Shown: in pieces, positions 11,796 to 24,400 of the stretch
Numbering within the stretch: the first letter of the stretch is position 1
Layout: every line of letters begins with the position of its first letter
Source: Dendrobates tinctorius
Taxonomy: Eukaryota
Direction of reading: 5' to 3'
Assembly: GCF_039654945.1 (NCBI RefSeq)
Contig: NW_027361771.1
Span: forward strand, 36,642,001 to 36,706,000
DNA length: 64,000 bases
Position numbers and translations under genes: made by a program
Notes under the pieces: generated by a model
What the model saw: the letters and a program-made list of their open reading frames with translations, nothing else
What the model was told of the DNA's origin: nothing
The model's database searches: none

Positions 11796-12034
11796 TTACC
11801 ACCTCCATGTCCTTTATCACTTGTGCCTCAAAGAGGTCTATGAGATTACCAGGACAGGAAAGCGGCATATAATTAGAAGGTACCCCTTGATGGTGGATTT
11901 GTATACACTGTGTTTTCTGGACTAGTACCTGTGATCGCGGTGTCAAGCCTAAACACGCAGGATGGATTTGACAGCATAGACCTGCAGCGGTACCGACTGT
12001 CTTTTTTCTTGTCCGGTTGATAGTCAACATACAC

Positions 12035-13225
12035 TATGGAGAAATGTGTGAGGAGATAGCATGGGGATGGAAAAATGTGGGAGGAGACCGTATGGGAAGA
12101 GGATGTGTGAAAAGACAGTATGGCGAGAGGGGAGAAATGTTTGAGAAGACAATATGAGGAGGGGAAATCCATAAGGAGACAATATGGGAAAAGGGGATGT
12201 GGAAAGATATAATAAGGTGAACAGAGGAGAACTTATTTTTCATAGTTTCAGGCGTTCCCTCAAAACACATTTGTTCAGAGCGGCCTATCACGTTCACTAA
12301 TCAGTCATTCTATGTGTAAGTGTGCGTGTGTAGCCCATTCACTATCTCCAGCCATCCTTCACTCCCTCAAGATGGCTGGACCATCATAGTAAATACACCA
12401 TTGTAAACACACACCTGTACTTTGTATCTCCCCCACCTCATTGTAGATTGTAAGCTCTCACGAGCAGGGTCGTCTTATTTTGCTTTAATTATTGTATTGT
12501 TAACGTTGTTACTTATGACTTGTGTTTTGAAACTGTTAAACTGTAAAGCGCTGCGGAATATGTTGGCGCTATATAAATATTATTATTATTTATGAACCAG
12601 TATGGGTGATGTGTGAGGACATAGTATGCAGATGAGGAGGATGTGGGAAGAGAAAGTAAGGGGAGAGGGGGGAATGTATTAGGAGACCATATGGGGAAGG
12701 GGATATGTGACAAGACAGTATGGGGAGAGAGGAGACTGTGAACACATAGTATGGGGAGTTGAAATGTGTGAGGACATAGTATGGGGATGTTGGAAAGTAG
12801 GAGGAGACAGCATGGGAGAAGGGATGTGTGAGAAGGCAGTATGGGGAGAGGGGGGAAATATTTGAGAAGACAGTATGAAGAGGCGAAATGTATGAGCTGA
12901 CAGTATGGGGAGGGGGAATGGGGGAGCAGATGGCATGGGGAAGAAGGAATGTGTGAGGATACAGTATGGGAAGGGGGAAATGTGTGTAGAAGACAGTATG
13001 AGGAAATCTGTGTGGAGATAGTATGGGAAGAGAGGGGAATGTATGAAGAGGTAGTATGGGGAGGGGATATGTGCGAAGAGACTTCGTGAGGAAGTTTAAT
13101 ACTGTATGTGGGAGGAGACAGTTTGGGGAGGGGGAGATGTGTGAGGAGAAACTATGGGGATGGGGGGATGAAGGAGACAGTATGGGACGCAGGAGATGTG
13201 TGAGTAGGTAGCATGGGAAAGGGGA
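12035..13225. repeat. Degenerate GA-rich ~32-bp tandem repeat, interrupted by an L2 end
   Basis: Recurring gagacagtatggggagggggaaatgtgtgag; the same motif flanks the Harbinger element at ~45400-45513 and 50417-50650. Confidence 0.7.
12330..12590 (+). mobile_element. L2-clade LINE/SINE 3' end
   Basis: tagattgtaagctc...ctgtaaagcgctgcggaatatgttggcgctatataaat followed by a short (tat)n tail, the conserved L2-type 3' stem-loop and tail. Confidence 0.75.
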
Positions 13226-13535
13226 ATCTCTGTGCATCCTGATGCATGTAAATAGTTACAAAACCTTTGTTCACTTGCACTGGAGGTAGATAATGAGTGA
13301 ATCTGATGTACCTAAATGCTAATCTAATCCACATCATGGCTCTAAACAGTCAGTTGAGGAATTACAGACAGGAGATAACCCTGGTTAACAAATTCATCCT
13401 AATCCAATTTTCCTAGGTCCAAATTCCCTGAAATCTTAATTTTTTGTGACAAGATGCCTGTGTGCAGGCATTACTAGATTGGTGGTGGGGCTTAACACTT
13501 TGAATGCCACCATCACCTGTACTTGTGGAGTCTAA

Positions 13536-13918
13536 AGCCCCCGTTACACACTGCGATATCGCTAGCAATATCGCTGTAAAGTCACTGATTTTGCGACGTA
13601 GCAGCGATATTGCTAGTGATATCGCTACATGTGATACTTAACCCCGTTGATTATCGCTGATCGCGCGAGAAGGTCCTGGATCATTTCTCGTCGTCAGCTT
13701 CCTGCTGGACTTCCTGTGGCGCCGACGAGCGACGCGTGGACGCGGGCGGGAGGACGTCTTCAGCGCCGCGTCTGACAGGTAAGTAGCGACCCCCGACCCC
13801 AGCGATGACGCTGGTGAGATCTGCCTGTGTGGCAGCTCACTAGCGACCACTTAGCGATGCACCAGCGATCCATATCGTTGTCGGGATCGCTGGTGCATCG
13901 CTATGTGTAACGGTACCC
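13536..13918. mobile_element. PIF/Harbinger-type MITE
   Basis: TIRs AGCCCCCGTTACACA / TGTGTAACGGTACCC with TAA TSDs; inverted relative at 41447-41836. Confidence 0.8.
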
Positions 13919-14325
13919 TAAAAGGAGAAACTGTGACAAAATGCAGGCCCAATAATAAAATAATACACGTGCACACTTTTTCTTTTACAAAAAATAAATT
14001 ATTATAAGCATTAAATAAGATACATATATTGGGTATTTTAAAAAGTGTAACAATATATTTATAATAGGGCATAAAATGATGAAAACTGAAGCAATTTTTT
14101 TTCTTCAAAATTAAACTGAATATAAGTTAAACACTAATGTAAATGTATAACAACCTAACAAAAAGTACAGTTTGTTCCGCAAAAGAAAAATGTTATACAG
14201 CAATGTCAAATAAAAATGGAAAATAAAAAAATATAATGTTCTGCGCAATACCTTTCTTTTCTTGGATTATGATAACATGCAAGTACAGGAGGTGAAAGAT
14301 CGAGACCTAGTCCAAATTGAAAAAT

Positions 14326-15431
14326 TCAAGTGCTGGGAAGACTCCTGTTCTGTGAAATGTTAGGCATTGCCATCGCCTTATGAATTCTCTCATGTTTTAG
14401 AAGTACAGATTTCTGGGTAAAACTTTTTCCGCATACCAAACATGGAAATGGCCTCTCTCCTGTGTGAATTCTCTGATGTTTAACAAGAGCTGATTTCTTG
14501 GCAAAGCATTTAGCACATTCTGAGCATGGAAATGGCTTCTCTCCTGTGTGGATTCTCTGATGCTTAATAAGACCTGATTTGAGAGCAAAACGTTTACTGC
14601 ATTCTGAACATGGAAAAGGCTTTTCCCCAGTATGACTTCTATGATGCTTAACAAGATCTGATTTCTGGGTAAAAGATTTTCCACATTCAGGACATGAAAA
14701 TGGCCTCTCTCCAGTGTGAATTCTCTGATGTTTAATAAGATCGGATTTCTTGGTAAAACATTTCTCACATTCTGAACATGAAAATGGCTTCTCTCCTGTG
14801 TGGATTTTCTGATGTTTATAAAGATCTGATTTCTGAGTAAAACTTTTTCCACATTCTGAACATGAAAACGGCCTCTCCCCTGTGTGACTTCTATGATGTT
14901 TGACAAGATCAGATTTCTGCGTAAATGATTTTCCACATTCAGGACATGAAAATGGCTTCTCCCCTGTGTGAACCCAATAATGGTTAACCAAACCATATTT
15001 CTTGGTGAAACATTTTCCACATTTAGAACATGAAAATGGCTTCTTTCCTGTATGGATGATCTGATGTTGAACTAAATTCGACTTCTTTGTAAAACATTTC
15101 CCACATTCTGAACATGAAAACAGCTTTTCACCCTTATGAATTTCCTTATGTTCTACACGACATGATTTCTTGGCAAAACTGGGGCCAAAATCCAAACATG
15201 AAAATGGTTTCTCTACTGTGTGAACTTTCTGATGCTCAGCAAGACCAGATTTCTGCTTAGAATATTTCCTACATTGTGGACATTGAAAATGTGTCTCTTT
15301 TGTGAGAGTTTTCTGATCTAGTCTGTGTTTAAGCCATTTCCCACACCCTAAACATTGATAATGATTATTTTCATTTTCTTCACAGGCTGGGGTGGAAAAG
15401 AGGTTTTGTCCCAAGTCCTTGATGTGGTCAT
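14326..15431 (-). CDS. ZNF last coding exon (zinc-finger array)
   Basis: Acceptor ctcctcctttccag|AT; nine consecutive intact CxxC-x12-HxxxH fingers; TGA at 14326-14328. Confidence 0.95.
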
Positions 15432-18400
15432 CTGGAAAGGAGGAGAGCAGCTTAATTTTCTCACATTCCTCACATAAAGCTCTACATTTGTTAAGAAAAT
15501 ATGAAAAATCAGAAGTATGACCTCAAATCAATCCACTAAAAGGGGAAGAGGCATACAAAGATAACCACTTGAAAAGGATTACTTTAAAAATAACATACTT
15601 TATTTAAGTTTAAAATCAGCACAACATATAGTGATAATAATAATGAGACAAAACAAAAAAGGTGTCTCTTGTGTGAGGGGCTGCACGTCAGAAAATCCCT
15701 AGATTATATTAATAATTCTGAATTACAGTGATTGTTAAATGGATTATATTATGAGATTCCTATTACAAATTAATAGGTTATGTACAAAGTACAATCATGG
15801 CCAAAAGTTTTGAGAATGACACAAATATTAATTTTTACAAAGTCTACTGCTTCATTTTTTCTAATGGCAATTTGCATATACTCCAGAATGTTATAAAGAG
15901 TGATCAGCTTAACAGCAATTACTTGCAAAGTCAATATTTGCCTAGAAAATTAACTTTATCCCCCAAAACACATTTCAACATCATTGCAGCCCTGCCTTAA
16001 AAGGACCAGCTAACATCGTTTCAGTGATTGCTCCAATAACACAGGTGTGGGTGTTGATGAGGACAGGGCTGGAGATCAATCTGTCAGGATTAAGTAAGAA
16101 TTACACCACTGGACACTTTAAAAGGAGGCTGGTGCTTGGCATCATTGTTTCTCTTCTGTTAACCATGGTTATCTCTAAAGAAACACGTGCAGTCATCATT
16201 GCACTGCACAAAAATGGCCTAACAGGGAAGAGTATCGCAGCTAGAAAGATTGCACCTCAGTCAACAATCTATCGCATCATCAAGAACTTCAAGGAGAGAG
16301 GTTCCTTTGTTGCCAAAAAGGCTCCAGGGCGCCCAAGAAAGACCAGCAAGCGCCAGGACCGTCTCTTAAAAGTGTTTCAGCTGCGGATCGGGCTACCAGC
16401 AGTGCAGAGCTTGCTCAGGAATGGCAGCAGGCAGGTGTGAGTGCATCTGCACGCACTGTGAGGCGGAGACTCTTGGAGCAAGGCCTGGTCTCAAGGAGGG
16501 CAGCAAAGAAGCCACTTCTCTCCAGAAAAAACATCATGGACAGACTGATATTCTGCAAGAGGTACAGGGAGTGGACTGCTGAGGACTGGGGTAAAGTCCT
16601 TTTCTCTGATGAATCCCCTTTTCGATTGTTTGGGACATCTGGAAAAGGGCTTATTCGGAGAAGACCAGGTGAGCGCTACCACCAGTCTTGTCTTATGCCA
16701 ACTGTCAAGCATCCTGAAACCATTCATGTGTGGGGTTGCTTCTCAGCCAAGGGAATGGGCTCTCTCTCAGTCTTGCCTAAAAACACAGCCATGAATAAAG
16801 AATGGTACCAGAACGTCCTCCAAGAGCAACTTCTCCCAACCGTCCAAGAGCAGTTTGGCGATCAACAATGCCTTTTTCAACATGATTGAGCACCTTGCCA
16901 TAAAGCAAACGTGATAACTAAATGGCTCAGGGAACAAAACATAGAGATTTTGGGACCATGGCCTGGAAACTCCCCAGATCTTAATCCCATTGAGAACTTG
17001 TGGTCAATCATCAAGAGACGGGTGGACAAACAAAAACCTTCAAATTCAGACAAAATAAAAGCATTGATTTTGCAAGAATGGACTGCTATCAGTCAGGATT
17101 TGATCCAGAAGTTGATTGAGAGCATGCCAGGGAGAATTGCTGAGGTCCTGAAGAAGAAGGGTCAACACTGCAAATATTGACTTGCTACATTAACTCATTC
17201 TAACTGTCAATATAACCTTTTGTTACTCATAATATGATTGCAATTATATTTCTGTATGTGATAAAAACATCTGACAAACACACATAAAAACCAGAGGGCA
17301 GCAGATCATGTGAAAATATAATATTTGTGTCATTCTCAAAACTTTTGGCCATGACTGTATATATGGTCCCAAACTTGTTACAATTTGCTGTATCAAATAC
17401 TTCTAGAGACAGCCACAGAAAAAGTGCAAGTGTATCAGTTAGTAATAAGTATATGCCAAGTGGCAATTTATATGTTAGAATACCTGGATGTCTAGGATAA
17501 CATGATAACAAGAGAAGGAAGGAATTTTATCTATTGGTATACGAAACCATGAAGATCCTCCGTGTTACTACGGGGTCTGACAGTGCCCAGGGGGTAGAGA
17601 GAAGCACTGTCAGACCCCGTAGTAACACTAATCACTGTAATTCAGTATTATTAATATAATCTAGGGATTTTCTGATGTGCAGCCCCTCACACAAGAGCCA
17701 CCCTTTTATTTTGTCTCATTATTATTATCACTATATCGTGTGCTGATTTTAAACTTAATTGAATAAAGTATGTTATTTTTAAAGTACCGTCATCATTTTC
17801 AAGTGGTTATCTTTGTATGCCCCTTCCTCTTCTAGTGGATTCATTTGAGGTCATACTTCTGATTTTTGATATTTGTTTATGGTACCACCTTATTTGGACA
17901 TTTTCATTGTTGATTTCATATTTGTTAAAGAACAACTTCATTTTTTAAAACTTAATTATTGATTTTTTAAAGTTATACATATTTGTAATTTACTTACCTA
18001 AGGCTACTTTCACACATCCGTCTTTTTGAATCCGGCACTATGCGGCGAAAAGTGTGAAAACCGGATCTGGAATTGGATCTGGTTTTGTCACATAGAAAGT
18101 AATGATCACCGCATCGTGCCGGATGGACATGCTGCGGCCCCGGTTCTACCCGGATACGGCAAAAATGCACCATCCGGCGACTGCAAAAAACGTTCCCTGC
18201 AACGTTTTTTGGCAGCGCCGGAACGGCTTTTTAAAGTGCGCATGCCCGGACACTGTGTGATTTAACCCCACAGGTGCCCGGTAAGTCTGTCTCTCTCTCT
18301 CTTTCCCTTTCTTTGTCTGATTCACTCGTCCCCCCGCTCTCTCCAGGTGGCTCTCATCGCTGCGACTCCTGTCTCTACAGCTGGCTCTTGTCGCCCGATG

Positions 18401-21400
18401 CTGCGGCTCCTTTAAATTTTATCCAGGCCGCATCCGGCGACGCATCCACATCCGGTGTCACCGCTACAGGCCGGTTCCAGCGGCACGGCTTTTCGCCGCA
18501 AGCCGCCGGAACCCTGAAACCGGATGTGTGAAAGAGGTCTTATTTTGCTTCTTTCTCTCATAAACAGAAAGTTAAAACCACTGTTTTAACTGCATAGTCC
18601 TTGCTCTTTCTGAAGATACTTTGAACTGCTGCTCTAGCAAGAGTATGTACTCAAAGATTGCTCCTAAGAATCCTTGTTATAAAGCTATGGCTAGGTAGTA
18701 ATTGTTATAAGGAGAGAAGAGTACAATCTGATTTTTTTTTCAGGTATTTTCTTATTTTTACTCACCTGGGCTAATTTCAACAGGAATGTTCTCTTCCTTA
18801 CACGTCTGATCACTCCCTAAATTAATTTCTTCTTCGTCTTCTTCTTCCTCAACAATTTTAATTTTAAGGTTTAGAAGATCTTCATCCTGATTCCACATGT
18901 AAACCAAATAAGAAACTACATTAATTTATTAAAAAAGAAAAGTTTGTAGTGTTATAAAACCTATACGAAAAAAAACGATCATAGATAGTAGATTATCCGT
19001 CTCCCACCAGGTAATCGCAACAGGAAGTGATAACTTAAAAAGTGCCTTCTAAATCAAGACAGATCTTAACGGAATCCACACATCTCTTTTTACGCTCTCA
19101 AGAACCATTAACTGTTAGATGCATTTATAAATAAGTACAGAAAATGTGTATGTATTACTCTTACAGAGTAGAACTTAAAGGGGTTGTCACAGCTCCTTAA
19201 CCCCTTAATGACCCAAGCTTTTTTAGATTTTACGTTTTCGTTTTTCACTCCCCTTCTTCCCAGAGCCACAACTTTTTTATTTTTCTGTCAATATGGCCGT
19301 GGGGGGGTTATTTTTTGCGGGACGAGTTGTACTTTTGAAAGACATCATTGGTTTTAGCATGTCGTGTACTCGAAAATGGGAAAAAAATTCAAAGTGCAGT
19401 GAAATTGCAAAAAAGTGCAATCTCACATGTTTTTTGTTTGGATTTTTTGCTAGGTTCACTAAATGCTAAAACTGCCATTATGATTCTCCAGGTCATTATG
19501 AGTTCATAGACACAAAACATGTCTAGGTTCTTTTTTTATCTAAGTGGTTAAAAAAAATTTCAAACTTTGTTATAAAAAAAAAGCGTCATTTTCTGATACC
19601 CGTGGCGTCTCCATTTTTCGTGATCTGGGGTTTGGTGAGGGCTTATTTCTTGCGTACTGAGCTAACGTTTTTAAGGATATCATTTATGTGCAGATACGAT
19701 CTTTTGATCGCCTGTTATTATATTTTAATGCAATGTCGCAGCTACCAAAAAAAAAACCGTAATTCTGGTGTTTTGATTTTTTCCCCACTACGTTGTTTAG
19801 CGATCGGCTTAATCCTTTCTTTATTAATAGATCTGGCGAGTCTGAACGCGACGATACCTAATATGTGTATCTGTGATTTTCTTTTTATTGTTTTATTTTG
19901 AATGGGGCAAAAGGAGGGTGATTTAAACTTTTATATTTTTTTATTTTTTTTCATATTTTTAAAAACATTTTTTTTTTAAATTTTGGCATGCTTCAATAGC
20001 CTCCATGGGAGGCTAGAAGCTGCCACAACTCGATCGCCTCTGCTACATACAGGTGATGATTAGATCGCCAACTGTAGCAGAATTACAGCATTGCAATGAG
20101 CGCCGACCACAGGGTGGCGCTCATAGCAATCCAGCATCAACAACCATAGAGGTCTGAAGGAGACCTCTGGTTGTTATGCCAACGCATCGTTGACCCCCCC
20201 GATCACGTTACGGGGGTCAGTAATGCCTGTATTTCCAGCCCAGCGGCCAGAAGAGCTTGTTAAATGCCGCTGTCAGTGTTTGACAGCGGCATTTAACTAG
20301 TTAATAGGTGCGGGTGGATCGCGATTCCACCTGCGCCTATTGCGGGTACATGTCAGCTGTTCAAAACAGCTGACATGTCCCGGCTTTGATGCAGGCTCAC
20401 CGCCAGAGCCCTCATCAAAGCGGGGAATCTGACCTCGGACATACTATTCCATCCTAGGTCTAAAGGAATCTGACAGGTCATTTTTGCATACCCTAGTCGG
20501 CCAGTCAGAGGATAGCGATGCAATTCTCGGGCATATAGCAGCCTGACTGAATCACTGATGCCGGCTCAAAAGTTGGCTGGGATTATGGGTGGGGGAAGGG
20601 TTGAATATTCATTTGGCATTAACAAATGAATGATTAGGCCTGTTTCACACTTCCGTTTTTGTGTCCGCCAAACGGATCCGTTTCCGTTTTTTTGACGGAA
20701 ACTGATGCAAACGGATCCGTTTTTTTAAAAACGGATCCGTTTTTTTGACGGATCCGCGGTAACCGTAATGGAAGTCTATGGGACAAAAAAACGGATCCTG
20801 CAAAAAATGGCGGATCCGTTTTTTTACGGAAAACAACGGATTTTGACGGATTTGAAAAAACGGAAGTGTGAAACAGGCCTTAGCCGGCGTGCGAATTTTC
20901 AGGGGCTTACAGCCCCACAATGGGGTGACGTGCATTAATGTAAGTTACAGATCCTGAAAGGGCTGCCCAAACCATATTTCAGGATACTATTAGTAGGGTA
21001 CGCAAAAATGACCTGACAGATTCACTTTAAATGGGTACGATTGCAGAATGCTTGTTGCATCAGTTTTATCTGATCTGCTTTTTCACTGAAGTCGGTAGAA
21101 TGAACTTTTTATCCATGGAGTCTTAGTAATGGATCAGTTAACCCCTTTACCCCCAAGGGTGGTTTGCACGTTCATGACCAGGCCAATTTTTACAATTCTG
21201 ACCACTTTCCCTTTATGAGGTAATAACTCTGAAACGCTTCCATGGATCCCACTGATTGTGACATTGCTTTCTCGTGACATATTGTACTTCATGTTATTGG
21301 TAAAATTTCATTCAAATAACTTGCGTTTATTTGTGAAAAAAACGGAAATTTGGCGAAAATTTCGCAATTTTCCAACTTTGAATTTTTATGCCCTTAAATC

Positions 21401-24400
21401 ACAGAGATTTGGCACACAAAAATCTTAATAAGTAACATTTCCCACGTTTACTTTACATCAGCACAATTTTGGAACCAAAATTTATTTTTGTTAGGAAGTT
21501 ATAAGGGTTAAAAGTTGACCAGCGATTTCTCATTTTTGCAACACCATTTTATTTTTACGGACCACAGCGCATTTGAAGTCATTTTGAGGGGTCTACATGA
21601 TAGAAAATACCCAAAAGTGACACCATTCTAAAAACTGCACCCCTCAAGGTGCTCAAAACCACATTCAAGAAGTTTATTAACCCTTCAGGTGCTTCACAGG
21701 AATTTTTTGAATGTTTAAAAAAAAATGAACATTTAACTTTTTTTCACAAAAAAATTACTTCAGGTCCATTTTTTTTTTATTTTACCAAGGGTAACAGGAG
21801 AAATTGGACTGGAAAAGTTATTTTCCAATTTGTCCTGTGTACACTGATACCTGATATGTGGGGGGGGGGACCACTGTTTCTGCGCATGGCAGAGCCCAGA
21901 AGGGAAGGAGCGCCGTTTGACTTTTTCAATGCAAAATTGGCTGGAATTCAGATCGGATGCCATGTCACGTTTGGAGAGCCCCTAATGTACCTAAACAGTG
22001 GAAACCCCCCACGAGTGACCCCATTTTGGAAACTAGATCCCCTAAGGAACTTATCTAGATGTGTGGGGAGCACTTTGAACCCCCAGTGTTTCACAGAAGT
22101 TTATAACGCCCGGGCGTGAAAATAAAAAAATCATATTTTTTCCACAAACATGATCTTTTAGTCCCCAATTTTTTTATTTTTCCAAGGGTAACAGGAGAAA
22201 TTGGACCCCAAAAGTTGTTGTCCAATCTGTCCTGAGTACGCTGATACCCCATATGTGGGAGAAAACTAACGTATGGGCACATGTCGGGGCTCGGACAGGA
22301 AGTAGTGATGTTTTGGAATGCAGACTTTGATGGAATGGTCTGCGGGTGTCATGTCACGTTTGGAGAGCCTCTGATGTGCCTAAACTGTTGAAACTCCCCA
22401 CAACTGACCCCATTTTGGAAACTAGACCCCCCAAGGAACTTACCTAGATATGTAGTGAGCACTTTGAACCCCCAAGTGCTTCACAGAAGTTTATAAAGCC
22501 CAGGCGTGAAAATAAAAAAATCATATTTTTTTTTCCACAAAAATGATATTTTTGCCCCCAATTTTTTATCTTTTTAAGGGTAACAGAAGAAATTGGACCC
22601 CAAAAGTTGTTTTGCAATTTGTCCTGAGTAGGCTGATACCCCATATGTGGGGGTAGAACATTGTTTGGGCGCATGGCAGAGCTTGGAAGGGAAGGAGCAC
22701 CATTTGACTTTTTCAACGCAGAATTGGCTGGAATTGAGATTCTAACTCCAACCCTAACCCCAACACACCCCTAACTCTAATCTCAGCCCTAGCCCTAACC
22801 CTAATGGGAAAATGGAAATAAATACTTTTTTTTAATTTAATTATTTTTCCCTAACTAAGGGGGTGATAACGGGAGGTTTGATTTACTTATTATAGCGGGT
22901 TTTTATGTTTGGCAGCTGTCACACGCTAAATGACACTTTTAATTGTAAAAATAGTTTTTGCATCACCACATTTTCAGAGCTATAACTTTTCTGTATTTTC
23001 ATCCACCGAGTCATGTGAGGTCTTATTTTTTGCGGGACGAGTTGATGTTTTTACTAGTACCATTTTTGGGCACGTGACATTTTTTTATCGCTTTTTATTC
23101 CGATTTTTGTGACGCAGAATGAACAAAAACCAGCATTTCAAGAATTTCTTTTGGGGGGGTGCGTTTACATCGTTCCGCGTGCGGTAAAATTGATAAAGCG
23201 GTTTTATTCTTCAGGTCGGTACGGTTACAGCGATACCTCATTTATGTCATTTTTTATGTTTTGGCGCTTTTATGCAAGGAAAACAATTTTATATAAAAAT
23301 AATTATTTTTGTATCGCTTTATTCTGCGAGCTATAACTTTTTTATTTTTACACTGATGATGCTGTGTGGTGGCTAGTTTTTTGCGGGACAAGATGACGTT
23401 TTCAGCGGTACCATGGATATTTATATCCGTCTTTTTGATCGCGCGTTATTGCACTTTTTGTTCGGCGGTATGATAATAAAGAATTATTTTTTGCTTTGTT
23501 TTTTATTTTTATTTTTTAAGGGGTTCGCTAAAGAGGTTAACTAATGGGACAGTTTTATAGGGCGGGTCGTTACGGACGCGGCGATACTAAATATGTGTAC
23601 TTTTATTGTTTTTTTTTTAATTATTTCCAAAAAAATGAATTTATTAGGGAATAATTTTTTTTTTTTTATTTATTTAGCGATTTTTTATAAATTAATTTTA
23701 CACTTTTTTTTTTTTTTAACTTTATTACATTGTCCCAGGGGGGACATAACTGTCATGTGACAGATCGCTGATCTGTCACATCACAGATCGCTGATCTGTC
23801 ACATCACAGATCGCTGTGACAGATCAACGATCTGTCACAGGCAGTGCAGAAGGCTTCCTCATGCCTGCGCTTTGCAGGCAGTGAGGAAGCCAGCTCCCTG
23901 CAGGTCTCCGCTGCCATATTGGATCCGGGGACCTGCAGGGAAGGAGGCCCCCCTGCTGCGGGGGTCTCAGGGAAGCACGGAGGGAGCCCCCTCCCTGCCG
24001 ATGCTTCCCTAAACCCCCGGTACACTGCGATCGTGTTTGATCGCAGTGTGGCAGGGTTAATGTGTCGGGGGCGGTCCGTGACCGCCCCTGACACATAGTG
24101 CCGGGTGTCAGCTGTGATAATCAGCTGATACCCGGCCGCGATCAGCGGCGCTCACCACGTGAGCGCCGCTGATCGCTATGACGTACTATCCTGTCCCATG
24201 GGCATAGTTGCCCGGGTCCCATGGACGGTATAGTACGTCAGATGTCAGAGAGGGGTCAAAGATGGATAAAACTGGATGGAAACTCTGAAGTACAAAGAAT
24301 GTCTTATTTGTGTCACCCGTTTAATATGGATCTTCATAGACTTTAATGGCCGAATCTGATCTGCATAATGGATGGTAATTGGACATGTTCTGTGTCTCAT

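Larger units (their letters stand above)
5627..12030 (-). mobile_element. Fragmented Penelope-like retroelement (Neptune-type RT + GIY-YIG), split by at least four insertions
   Basis: Minus-strand remnants in order: PPNLTFEE; RPADKGGNTVL; YIPKIHK..PSGCPIVSG; DWLLRP..PSYIQDT; GTAMGTPAACTFANLF; YLKYVDDIF; LEFLDV..LFRKPT..LPYSQFLR; Cys linker KCGHCLYC; YVVFCPC; FREH..LLRREARWI. Multiple frameshifts. Confidence 0.9.
15490..17925. mobile_element. AT-rich insertion with ~235-bp inverted repeats (Penelope-like inverted pLTR architecture), hosting the Tc1 element
   Basis: 15500-15733 is the diverged reverse complement of 17630-17870. Approximate TSD atttgttaa(a)gaa at ~15487 and ~17920. Perfect 25-bp hairpin at 17562-17628. 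Confidence 0.55.

Noticed and set aside
14397-15020. 207-aa overlapping ORF in the zinc-finger exon
   Set aside because: Common alternative-frame shadow of C2H2 arrays; no independent evidence.
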